From: an uncultured bacterium
GTDB lineage: Bacteria; Electryoneota; Electryoneia; Electryoneales; Electryoneaceae
NCBI GenBank assembly: GCA_964538455.1
Contig: CAZIDZ010000003.1
Coordinates: 129,832-193,831, forward strand
Reading direction: 5' to 3'
Length of the DNA: 64,000 nt
Part shown: positions 9,929 to 18,388 of the stretch, piece after piece
Position numbering within the stretch: the first letter of the stretch is position 1
Layout of the letters: the number at the start of each line of letters is the position of its first letter
Made by a program: the position numbers and the translations under genes
Notes under the pieces: model-generated
The model's input: only the letters and a program-made list of their open reading frames with translations
Told to the model about the DNA's origin: nothing
Database searches by the model: none

Positions 9929-10716
9929 CGATGCCTGAAATGGCCAGCATGCAGGATGACCAACTCTGGGGCCTGTGGGTGAAGTCGCCCGAGCAACAGG
10001 TCAAGGATGAGTTGGTTATTCGTTATTTGCCCCTCGTCGAACAGGTGGCGGGACGGATGAAGATCGGCCTCCCCGACTCCGTCCAGGTCGACGAGTTGGT
10101 CAATTCAGGAATCATCGGCCTCATCGGCGCAATCGACAATTTCGACCCCTCCCGGGGCTTCAAATTCGAAACCTACGCCGTCAACCGGATCCGCGGCTCC
10201 ATTCTCGACAGTCTTCGCGATTATGACTGGATGCCCCGCTCGATCCGCTCGAAAACACGTTCCCTGGAAACCGCCCTCGTGCGGCTCGAGGGGGAGCTGG
10301 GACGCGTCCCAAGCGATGACGAGGTAGCCGCCGCCCTTGATCTCGATATGGAGGCCTACTTCGCGCTGATCGACGAAGTGAAGGTCGCCAGCATTCTCTC
10401 CCTCGACCAGCCGATCACAGGTTCTGAGGGGGAAACGACATCCCTCAGTGAAATGCTCGAAGATGACGAAGGAGAGAATCTTTCGGACCGAGTGGAATGG
10501 CTTGAGGCGAAGGAAGTCGCAAAACGAATGATTTCGCAACTAAAACAGCAGGAAAGGCTGATTATTGCGCTATATTACTATGAAGAACTGACTTTACGTG
10601 AAATTGGTGAAGTTCTGGGCATCAGCGAATCACGAGTTTCTCAAATACACAGCAGAATTATTCTCACCCTCAAGGGTAAACTTCGCAGTTTGTACGACGA
10701 TAAGAGTCGTGAGTGA
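9925..10716 (+). CDS. fliA: Flagellar sigma factor FliA (sigma-28)
   Basis: It has sigma-70 region 2 (GLIGAIDNFDPSRGFKFETYAVNRIRGSI), region 3, and region 4 (LTLREIGEVLGISESRVSQIHSR). The 263-aa size is typical of FliA/WhiG. Confidence 0.85.
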   Translation: MTMPEMASMQDDQLWGLWVKSPEQQVKDELVIRYLPLVEQVAGRMKIGLPDSVQVDELVNSGIIGLIGAIDNFDPSRGFKFETYAVNRIRGSILDSLRDYDWMPRSIRSKTRSLETALVRLEGELGRVPSDDEVAAALDLDMEAYFALIDEVKVASILSLDQPITGSEGETTSLSEMLEDDEGENLSDRVEWLEAKEVAKRMISQLKQQERLIIALYYYEELTLREIGEVLGISESRVSQIHSRIILTLKGKLRSLYDDKSRE

Positions 10717-10731
10717 CCGGAGGCTGATCGC

Positions 10732-11094
10732 GTGGTCAAACCGATTTACCTGCAAGACAATCTCAGCAAGGCGCCGCTCGCCCAGATCTATCAGGACCTG
10801 GAAAATCCGGGCGCCGAACGCCTTCGTGACCTCCATCGGATGATCACGCTCCGCGAGCAGGAGCGCGCCGAGCAGGAGCAGGCGCCGAAAATGGAGGAGC
10901 GCCCGGGGACAGTGGCGATTCACCCGGACGGATCCTCCCGGGGCCGCGGAGGACGGCAACAGACCGCGTCCAAACGCGCAAAAGGCGCGCAGGGCAAAGC
11001 GAAAGCCGGTCCCGGTGAACGTGAAAACGACCTTCGCTTCCGCCGTCCGGATGACGACAAAGGGAAGGGCGATAAACTGGATCTCGAAGGGTAG
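10732..11094 (+). CDS. Hypothetical protein (basic/charged, 120 aa)
   Basis: The ORF starts at GTG directly after fliA and has biased composition. I saw no motif, so it is retained only for its position and length. Confidence 0.3.
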   Translation: MVKPIYLQDNLSKAPLAQIYQDLENPGAERLRDLHRMITLREQERAEQEQAPKMEERPGTVAIHPDGSSRGRGGRQQTASKRAKGAQGKAKAGPGERENDLRFRRPDDDKGKGDKLDLEG

Positions 11095-11098
11095 CCGG

Positions 11099-12814
11099 AT
11101 GAGGGCTGAGAGCGCACAGAATAGCTTTCGCAGGTCGCGACGGGAGATTGCTTCGCGTCTCGCGCTTCTGCTGCTCGCGTTCTCTATCCCTGCGGCATCC
11201 GCCCTCGCGAACCGCCTCGTATCCGCGAGCGTCGGGACACGCAACAGAAATTCTTCGCTGCTCGTCCTCAAGTTCGACGTTCCCACGCAGCTCACCCTCG
11301 GCGGGCGAGAGGGGAGGTCAATCGTCCTCTCCGGCGGCAGCGTCCAGCAGGGTCCTGAGTCGTTCCACGCTTCGGGCCTGATCCGCAACCTGCGCGTTCA
11401 AGGCGGTGATATCGTCGTCGATGCGACCCGCTATGTCCGGGCACGCATGACTTCCGCCGGGGCAGGCATCTACCTCATCGTGCTGGAATCCGCGAAGGAG
11501 CCAGCGAACGCTCAACCGCAGCGTGCGACCCCCTCGACGCCCGAAGTGACCAAAACCGGGCAGCAGGCGCAACCCGCCGTCGAACGGTCGGAAAAACCGG
11601 TCAAGACGGCGCTGGCGGAACCGGAAAAGGAGCAACCCGTTGAACGGCAGGAAACTGCTCCTCCACCTCAAGTAACACCGCAGACAACGGAGCCTAGCAC
11701 CCCTCAAACTCAGGAGTTCCAAACCTACCAACCGGATCTGACGCAGACCCAGGCCGGGTTCAGGAAGACCCTCGCCGATCTCTATGAGTGGGTTCCCGTG
11801 CATCCGGTCGTGCTGCCGACGACCGTGCAGTTCGCGCTGGAATTGTCGCAGCAGGGCAACCGGGACCGCGCGATTCTGCTGCTCGAATCGATCAAGCCGG
11901 AAGAACCCGAATTTGGCTGGAGTCGTATCGCTCTCGGCCGGATGATGGAGCAGGTCGGAGATTACAACAAAGCCCTCGACTACTACCGTGAGGCGCTCAG
12001 CGACCGCGAAACGGAGGGCGTAGCCGCGGTTCGGATCGCTCTCGCGTTCCAGGCCGTCGGCAACCGAACCGCTTCCGTGGGGCTGTGGGAGCGCGTGCTC
12101 GACATGAACCAGGGACAGATCTACGTCGAACCGTCCGAGATGCCCCAACCGCGCGCTGAACCTTCATCTTACGCGATGCAGACCCCGGCGGAACCCGTCG
12201 CCATCAGCCCGCAGGAACCTTCGACGCCCACGGAGCAGCCTCCCTCCACGGATACCACCGCGGAGTTGAACGCTTCCGCCGGAAAATCCGGTAAGGCCGC
12301 CGAACCGAAGAAAAACACATTCTCCTTCGTCCGTCTCTGGCCGTTCGCCATCGGATTCATCGCGCTCTCCGCGTTGCTCTATTTCGTCCTCAGCCGCTTG
12401 AAAAAGCGCCCCAGTGCCAAGGAATACGACATCCACCAGGATATGGCGAACCTCGGCCTCGATATCGAACTTGACGAAGAGCCCGAGCCCGCCGCCGGGC
12501 CGCGTGTGGCGGATATGTACGCCGCCCAGTCCGGCGAGGCTGCTCCGGAACCCGAAGAGGGGGTCGAACAGCACGAAGAGAAACCTGCCGGTGAGGGAGA
12601 AGAGGAAGAGCAGGAGGATGTCCAGCTCAATGAGATACCGGAACCGAACGATTTGAACATTGACACCAATGATTTCGATCTGAGCGACGACAAGGTAGCT
12701 CAAGTCCGCGAGATGCACGCTCAGGGCGCAACCGTGCGCGAAATTGCTGAAGAACTTGGAATTGGACAGGATGAAGTGCGCATGGCCATCCGCCTCGCCG
12801 AAGCCGGCCAATAG
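11099..12814 (+). CDS. Hypothetical secreted/membrane protein: signal peptide, beta-rich N-domain, Pro/Thr/Gln linker, TPR-like helices, one TM helix, acidic tail, C-terminal sigma-70 region-4-like HTH
   Basis: The start is taken at ATG 11099, after the stop of the previous ORF. The signal peptide is LALLLLAFSIPAASALA and the TM segment is WPFAIGFIALSALLYFVL. The C-terminus ATVREIAEELGIGQDEVRMAIRLAEAG resembles sigma region 4.2. Confidence 0.55.
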   Translation: MRAESAQNSFRRSRREIASRLALLLLAFSIPAASALANRLVSASVGTRNRNSSLLVLKFDVPTQLTLGGREGRSIVLSGGSVQQGPESFHASGLIRNLRVQGGDIVVDATRYVRARMTSAGAGIYLIVLESAKEPANAQPQRATPSTPEVTKTGQQAQPAVERSEKPVKTALAEPEKEQPVERQETAPPPQVTPQTTEPSTPQTQEFQTYQPDLTQTQAGFRKTLADLYEWVPVHPVVLPTTVQFALELSQQGNRDRAILLLESIKPEEPEFGWSRIALGRMMEQVGDYNKALDYYREALSDRETEGVAAVRIALAFQAVGNRTASVGLWERVLDMNQGQIYVEPSEMPQPRAEPSSYAMQTPAEPVAISPQEPSTPTEQPPSTDTTAELNASAGKSGKAAEPKKNTFSFVRLWPFAIGFIALSALLYFVLSRLKKRPSAKEYDIHQDMANLGLDIELDEEPEPAAGPRVADMYAAQSGEAAPEPEEGVEQHEEKPAGEGEEEEQEDVQLNEIPEPNDLNIDTNDFDLSDDKVAQVREMHAQGATVREIAEELGIGQDEVRMAIRLAEAGQ

Positions 12815-12941
12815 CTCCCGTCCTACCCGGCGGCAACTCTTTCCCTTCCGCAGGTGATCCCTTCCGCAATCCACTCCCAAAACACCCTCGAAGTGCTCTC
12901 GTAAGTCTTGCATTAACAGTTCCCTAAACGCCATACATTCC

Positions 12942-12957
12942 CGGCACGGCGTTTGCC
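12942..12957 (+). promoter_or_regulatory. Candidate sigma-54 (-24/-12) promoter for flgF operon
   Basis: cGGCACGgcgtTTGCc matches TGGCACG-N4-TTGCW, with GG at 12943-12944 and GC at 12955-12956. It lies 41 nt upstream of the flgF ATG. Confidence 0.5.
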
Positions 12958-12997
12958 GATCAGCTTGGTGTGCACTCTGGTTTACGGGGACCCAAGC

Positions 12998-13741
12998 ATG
13001 ATACGAGGCATTTACCACTCAGCGGCCGGAATGTTGCCGCGCTACTACCAGTTGGTCAATGTTTCCAATAACTTGGCCAATGCAACAACCACATCCTTCA
13101 AAGCCGACCGCCGTTATTTCAGCACCGTCCTGAACAATGAACTCGTCCAGCCGGGCGCGGGCAACCACGAAAAGCGGCTCGAGGACCTGGACAAGGGGTT
13201 GTACACCAACTTCAGCCAGGGGGCCATCAGCCCCACCGGCAACAAAACCGATTTCGCCCTGAACGGCACCGGCTATTTCGTCATCGAGAATCCCGAAACA
13301 TCCGAGCGGTTCTACACGCGTGACGGGCGTTTCAAGATCAACAACCAGGGCGAACTGGTCACCTCCCTCGGGTACAAGGTGCTCGACGATTCCGGGTCAT
13401 CCGTTATCGTCCATGACAGCAACTTTTTCGTTGACGATAAGGGCACCCTGTTCGTCCGTGGGTCGCAGACGACCGGCCTGATGCTCGCCGACTTTGAGGA
13501 TCCGCACGTCCTGATCAAAAAGGGCGACAGCATGTACCAGACCAAGGATCCGAACGCCTACCCGATCCCCGCGGAAGACACGCGGGTGATCCAGGGAAGC
13601 CTCGAAGCGTCCAACGTGAACATCGTCGAAGAGATGGTGACCATGATCGACCTCAACCGCAACTACGAATCCTCTCAACGCGCGTTGATGGCGCAGGATG
13701 AATCTCTTGGCAAGCTGATCAACACGGTGCCGCGGTTCTAG
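12998..13741 (+). CDS. flgF: Flagellar basal-body rod protein FlgF
   Basis: It has the Flg_bb_rod N-terminus (MIRGIYHSAAGM...NNLANATTTSFKAD) and a conserved C-terminus (LEASNVNIVEEMVTMI). Confidence 0.8.
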   Translation: MIRGIYHSAAGMLPRYYQLVNVSNNLANATTTSFKADRRYFSTVLNNELVQPGAGNHEKRLEDLDKGLYTNFSQGAISPTGNKTDFALNGTGYFVIENPETSERFYTRDGRFKINNQGELVTSLGYKVLDDSGSSVIVHDSNFFVDDKGTLFVRGSQTTGLMLADFEDPHVLIKKGDSMYQTKDPNAYPIPAEDTRVIQGSLEASNVNIVEEMVTMIDLNRNYESSQRALMAQDESLGKLINTVPRF

Positions 13742-13778
13742 TCCGCAGCGCCGTTCGAGGTAGTGGAGGAAACGGACC

Positions 13779-14567
13779 ATGATGAGAGCACTCAGGACAG
13801 CGGCGAGCGGGATGTACGCACAGCAACTGTCCATCGACACGATCGCCAACAACCTGGCCAACGTCAACACGAACGGGTTCAAGAAATCGCAAGTCGAATT
13901 TCAGGACCTGATCTACCAGACCATCCAGGCGACCCATTCGGTGCGCAACCTGGGCACGGTGGTCCCCGCCGAATTGCAGATCGGGCACGGGGTCAAGCCG
14001 GTCGCCATCGAAAAAAGCTTCAGCCAGGGCAGTCCGGTGCAGACCGACAATCCGCTCGACCTGTCCGTCGAGGGCGATGGCTTCTTCCAGGTTAGGAAAC
14101 CCGACGGATCCATCTCCTACACCCGGGACGGCAATTTCAAGCGGAGCCCGGATGGCCGCATGGTCACCAGCGACGGATACGTCCTCGATCCGGAAATCGT
14201 CTTCCCGGACGACACTACGCAGGTCGCCATCGATCGTGAGGGTTATGTCTACGCGAATGTCTACGGCCGGAACGATGCAATCGAACTGGGCCAAATCGAG
14301 CTCGCCCGGTTCACCAACCCGGCCGGACTGCGCGCTACGGGACAGAACCTGTTCACCGAGACGGAGGCCTCCGGCATCCCGATCCTCGGCAATCCCGGAC
14401 AGGAGGGATTCGGCGATCTCAACCAGGGATACCTGGAGGGTTCGAATGTGGAAGTCGTCGAGGAGATGGTCAACATGATTGTCGCCCAGCGCGCCTACGA
14501 AGTCTCCTCAAAGGCGATCAAGACTACGGAAGACATGTTGTACCTGGCCAACAACCTGAAGCGGTAA
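13779..14567 (+). CDS. flgG: Flagellar distal rod protein FlgG
   Basis: MMRALRTAASGMYAQQLSIDTIANNLANVNTNGFKK, DNPLDLSVEGDGFFQV and LEGSNVEVVEEMVNMIVAQRAYE are all present. Confidence 0.9.
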   Translation: MMRALRTAASGMYAQQLSIDTIANNLANVNTNGFKKSQVEFQDLIYQTIQATHSVRNLGTVVPAELQIGHGVKPVAIEKSFSQGSPVQTDNPLDLSVEGDGFFQVRKPDGSISYTRDGNFKRSPDGRMVTSDGYVLDPEIVFPDDTTQVAIDREGYVYANVYGRNDAIELGQIELARFTNPAGLRATGQNLFTETEASGIPILGNPGQEGFGDLNQGYLEGSNVEVVEEMVNMIVAQRAYEVSSKAIKTTEDMLYLANNLKR

Positions 14568-14571
14568 ACCG

Positions 14572-15291
14572 ATGACGACGATGCGAACACTCCTGGCAGC
14601 CATGCTCTTCGGTTTCGCTGCCACGACAGCCGGTGCGGGAGGGGCACCCTTGTCCGTGACGGTTCGCAGCGCCGTTCAGAAGTGGCTGGAAACGCAGTGG
14701 GGAAAAGGACAGGTCGAGTTCGAAATCACGACCCGCCCGCGTTCCCTGAGAATCCCCGAAGGGGCGAAGCTGACTGTCGAGGGAGAATCGCTGCCGCGCG
14801 GAGTCTCGATTCTGTACCTCGAGGTGGATGAAGGCGGACTGCGGGTGCGCCGCGTGCCGCTCAGCGTGCGTGTCCACCCGAAAGCGCTCGTCCCGGTGGC
14901 GAAACACACCCTGAAGCGCGGTGAAACGATCCACGGCGACATGCTCAAATGGGAGCGAAGGGACGTTACCGATGTTCGCGGAGACTGGCCGCTGCACACC
15001 GCGAAACTGACCAGCGGTTCATACTGGATGCGGCGCACGGTTCGCGAAAACGAAGTCATCACCGAAGAAGCGGTTGAGCGCAAGCCGGAAGTGCTGCGCG
15101 GCGAACCGATCACGCTGCTGGCGCGGCAGGGTAAGGTGAATATCGAAACGACCGGGATCGCCATGGAAGACGGACGCAAGGGCGACTGGATTCGTGTTGA
15201 AAATCCGCAGTACAAGACGTTCCTCCGCGCCCAGGTTACGGATTTGGCAACTGCAGTCGTGGGTCCAACCGCGACGAGAGGATCACGATGA
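14572..15291 (+). CDS. flgA: Flagellar P-ring assembly chaperone FlgA
   Basis: It has a signal peptide and a SAF-like C-terminus (GIAMEDGRKGDWIRVENPQYKTFLRAQV), and sits between flgG and flgH. Confidence 0.75.
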   Translation: MTTMRTLLAAMLFGFAATTAGAGGAPLSVTVRSAVQKWLETQWGKGQVEFEITTRPRSLRIPEGAKLTVEGESLPRGVSILYLEVDEGGLRVRRVPLSVRVHPKALVPVAKHTLKRGETIHGDMLKWERRDVTDVRGDWPLHTAKLTSGSYWMRRTVRENEVITEEAVERKPEVLRGEPITLLARQGKVNIETTGIAMEDGRKGDWIRVENPQYKTFLRAQVTDLATAVVGPTATRGSR

Positions 15292-15878
15292 CTGGAATTC
15301 GCAGGCGTGGGGTGCTCGCAGCGCTGCTGTTGATCGCGCTGCTGCCCGCGACTTCGACGGCTCAGACGATGAAAGAGGTCGTCGCCAGGTCGTTCTACGC
15401 CGACAAAAAGGCGTTCAACGAAGGCGACATCATCACCGTCCAGATCGTTGAATTCGCCCAGGGCACAAACCAGACAAACGCCAAAACCAACTCCGACAAC
15501 CGGCTCGACGCCAACAGCAATCCCTCGAGCGTCAGCTGGCTGCCGGATTTCGGCCTCACCAGCCAGATGACCAACCGCCACACCGCCGAGGGAGAGATCA
15601 CCACCAAGGGATCGCTCGAGAGCAAGATGACCGCGGTGGTCACAGAGGTCCAGGACAACGGCCTGCTCTCGATCCAGGGCACCCGGGTCGTGGATGTCAA
15701 CGGTGAAAAACAGACAACTGTGCTGACGGGACTCGTCCGCCCGGAGGATGTTTCCGCGGACAACCTGGTCTTCAGCTACAACATCGCAAACGCGCAGATC
15801 TCGTACAAAGGCAAGGGCATGGTTTCCGAGGCGGGCAAGCCCGGAATCATCGCCAGGATCTGGAATTGGATATTCTGA
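15288..15878 (+). CDS. flgH: Flagellar L-ring protein FlgH
   Basis: A signal/lipoprotein-like N-terminus is followed by SFYADKKAFNEGDIITVQIVE, and the C-terminus has a conserved GLV.PEDV motif. Confidence 0.85.
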   Translation: MTGIRRRGVLAALLLIALLPATSTAQTMKEVVARSFYADKKAFNEGDIITVQIVEFAQGTNQTNAKTNSDNRLDANSNPSSVSWLPDFGLTSQMTNRHTAEGEITTKGSLESKMTAVVTEVQDNGLLSIQGTRVVDVNGEKQTTVLTGLVRPEDVSADNLVFSYNIANAQISYKGKGMVSEAGKPGIIARIWNWIF

Positions 15879-16981
15879 TGAACGGAAATCGCTTCACAGC
15901 CATCCTGCTGATCGCCCTGCTCCTCGTCCCGGGATTTGCGATCGGGCAGTCAAGGATCAAGGATCTCGCCGACGTTGAAGGTCTGGGATCCATGCCACTC
16001 GTCGGGTATGGCCTCGTCGTCGGGCTTGAGGGCACCGGGGACAGCCCCCGCTCGCTCTTCACCAACCAGGCGCTCTCGAACATGCTCGAGCGCTTCGGTA
16101 TCAGTGTCACCAGCGACAAAGTGCGCACCCGAAATGTAGCCGGCGTGATGGTCACCGCAACCCTCAACCCCTTCACCAAAGGCGGCCAGCGTGTGGACGT
16201 CAATGTCTCTTCGCTTGGCGACGCCCGCAGCCTGCAAGGCGGGACGCTGCTGCTCACCCCGCTCGCAGGCGCCGATGAGCATGTTTACGGCGTCGCGCAG
16301 GGGCCGATCAGCATCGGCGGTTACGCCGTCGAATCCGAAGGGGTGAGCGTCCGTCAGAATGCCGCCGCCGTGGGACGGATTCCCGCAGGTTTCCTCGTCG
16401 AGCGTGAGCTCGGAGTCTCGCTGGATGGCCTCGAACAATTCCGCTGGTCTCTGCGTGAATCCGATTTCACCACCTCGCGCCGGATCGCGGAGGCGATCAA
16501 CACGTCAACCGGCCAGACGATCGCCACCGCCATCGACCCGGTGAGCATCCAAGTCAGCGTCCCGGCAAACTATCCCGGCGGCGCCCTCGGCCTGATCGCA
16601 GACACGGAATCGCTGCCGATCACCGTCGACATCCCCGCGCGGGTTGTGATCAACGAGCGCACCGGAACCGTGATCATCGGCGAAAACGTGCGCCTCTCGA
16701 GCGTCGCAATCAGCCACGGAGCTCTTTCGATTTCGATCACCAACGCCCCCGTCGTCAGCCAGCCTGGCGCATTCAGCCCCGGCCAGACAACGGTGCAGCG
16801 CGCGACACAGGTGCAGGTGCAGGAGCAGGGAACGGGCGTTGTCGTGATCCAGCAGACGGCCAATGTCGGCGACGTCGCGGGCGCGCTGAACAGCCTCGGC
16901 GTGACCCCGCGTGACATCATCGCGATCTTCCAGGCGCTGAAAAAGGCCGGGGCGCTGCAAGCGGATCTGGTGATCATCTGA
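15866..16981 (+). CDS. flgI: Flagellar P-ring protein FlgI
   Basis: A signal peptide is followed by RIKDLADVEGLGSMPLVGYGLVVGLEGTGD. There is an alternative ATG at 15878. Confidence 0.9.
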   Translation: MDILMNGNRFTAILLIALLLVPGFAIGQSRIKDLADVEGLGSMPLVGYGLVVGLEGTGDSPRSLFTNQALSNMLERFGISVTSDKVRTRNVAGVMVTATLNPFTKGGQRVDVNVSSLGDARSLQGGTLLLTPLAGADEHVYGVAQGPISIGGYAVESEGVSVRQNAAAVGRIPAGFLVERELGVSLDGLEQFRWSLRESDFTTSRRIAEAINTSTGQTIATAIDPVSIQVSVPANYPGGALGLIADTESLPITVDIPARVVINERTGTVIIGENVRLSSVAISHGALSISITNAPVVSQPGAFSPGQTTVQRATQVQVQEQGTGVVVIQQTANVGDVAGALNSLGVTPRDIIAIFQALKKAGALQADLVII

Positions 16982-17874
16982 TGAGCAGCAATTATTCACT
17001 TGAGGCATTGCGCAGCGATGCCACGCAGCTCTGGGCGAATCAGCCCGTGCCGAAAAACGTCACGGACCCCGAAGCCTACAAGGCGGCACGCGGCTTCGAA
17101 GCCTATTTCGCACGCTACCTGATCAATCAGCTGAAGGGCGATATGAACCTCGTCGGGGGCAAGGGATATGGCGGGGAGATCTATCAGGACATGTACGTCG
17201 AGTCTCTCGCCAGCAAGATCGCCTCGACCGGTTCGCTGGGCATCGCCGAGATGATCTATAGGCAATTGATGCAGAAAAAGGGAGAGGAACCCTTCAAGGC
17301 GGACGATCAGAAGCTGAACCCGCTCCAGTCCATTCAGAAGCTGTCGATCCCGTTCGCGAAGGACGGCCCGCCCGTCTCGCTGAAGATGATCCGCTATCAC
17401 GATTACGTCAGCGAGGCGGCCAACCGCTTCGGGCTTGAGCCGGAGCTGATCTATGCGGTGATGCAACAGGAATCCGGCGGCGACACCAACGCGGTCTCAA
17501 AGGCCGGGGCGAAGGGACTGATGCAGTTGATGGACACGACCGCCGAGCAGATGGGCGTCCGCGATGCCTTCGATCCCCGCGACAACATCATCGGCGGGGC
17601 GAAATACCTGAGGGCGCAGTTGGACCGCTTCGGCAATCTCGACACGGCGCTGGCGGCCTACAACGCCGGTCCCACTGCGGTGTCCGAGTACGGTGGCGTG
17701 CCGCCGTTTAAGGAGACTCAGGATTACGTCAGAAACGTTTCCTCGATCTATGGACGGCTCAAACAGGCCGTGCAGCAGCAGGCGGACAAACAGGCGGATC
17801 GTAGCGGCGATGCTGAACGCACGTCGGCCGCGTCCCGAGTCCTGCAACTGTCCAAAACGGATGGAGAGAGGTGA
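16981..17874 (+). CDS. flgJ: FlgJ-like protein: N-terminal rod-binding domain fused to C-terminal lytic transglycosylase (SLT) domain
   Basis: The rod-binding motif FEAYFARYLINQLK is present. The SLT catalytic region is ELIYAVMQQESGGDTNAVSKAGAKGLMQLM...AAYNAGPTAV. The start overlaps the flgI stop. Confidence 0.8.
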   Translation: MSSNYSLEALRSDATQLWANQPVPKNVTDPEAYKAARGFEAYFARYLINQLKGDMNLVGGKGYGGEIYQDMYVESLASKIASTGSLGIAEMIYRQLMQKKGEEPFKADDQKLNPLQSIQKLSIPFAKDGPPVSLKMIRYHDYVSEAANRFGLEPELIYAVMQQESGGDTNAVSKAGAKGLMQLMDTTAEQMGVRDAFDPRDNIIGGAKYLRAQLDRFGNLDTALAAYNAGPTAVSEYGGVPPFKETQDYVRNVSSIYGRLKQAVQQQADKQADRSGDAERTSAASRVLQLSKTDGER

Positions 17875-18380
17875 GCATGGATAAGGAATTGATTGCGAGC
17901 CTCGTTGACCTGATCAAGCGGGAGGAGGGATTCCTCTACGACTTCCTCGACCTGCTCGAGTCTCAAAAGGCGCTCCTGGTGAAAAACAAGGTCGAGGAAT
18001 TCGAGGTCACGGTACGCCAGCAGGAGGAATTGATCGAGCAGATTCGCGCGCTCGAAACCGAACGGATCGGAGTCGTGCAGCAGATCGCACGGGGGATGAA
18101 GATCGAGGACAACAAGGTGACGATCACCCGCCTCGTCGAAATGTCCCTCGGACAGGTGAGTGACGAATTAAAGAACGTTAAGAAAAATATGACACAGCTC
18201 GTCGATCGCATTCGACGGGCGAATCAGGTCAACCAGTATCTGATCAAGCGTTCCCTGAACCGGGCTCAGCGGTCCATCGATCTGCTGATCGATGAGGGGC
18301 TCCGGGACGTGATTTACGAACAAGACGGCAAAATCCGCGGACAGGACCGCCGTTCGTTGATGATTAACAAAACCCTCTGA
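17871..18380 (+). CDS. FlgN-like flagellar export chaperone (putative)
   Basis: A 169-aa protein, all helical with a heptad-like pattern. It sits immediately upstream of flgK-flgL, which is the usual FlgN position, and its start overlaps the flgJ stop. Confidence 0.45.
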   Translation: MSMDKELIASLVDLIKREEGFLYDFLDLLESQKALLVKNKVEEFEVTVRQQEELIEQIRALETERIGVVQQIARGMKIEDNKVTITRLVEMSLGQVSDELKNVKKNMTQLVDRIRRANQVNQYLIKRSLNRAQRSIDLLIDEGLRDVIYEQDGKIRGQDRRSLMINKTL

Positions 18381-18388
18381 GGACCGAG

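Noticed and set aside
10732-11094. Whether the 120-aa ORF after fliA is FlgM
   Set aside because: It lacks the G.Y.VD..KIA..LI C-terminal helix. A much better FlgM-like candidate exists at 38121-38591. It is retained only as a low-confidence hypothetical CDS.
12953-12997. ORF-track N-terminal extension of flgF (MPISLVCTLVYGDPS...)
   Set aside because: The extension would overlap the sigma-54 promoter element. The canonical rod-protein N-terminus begins at MIRGIYH (ATG 12998).
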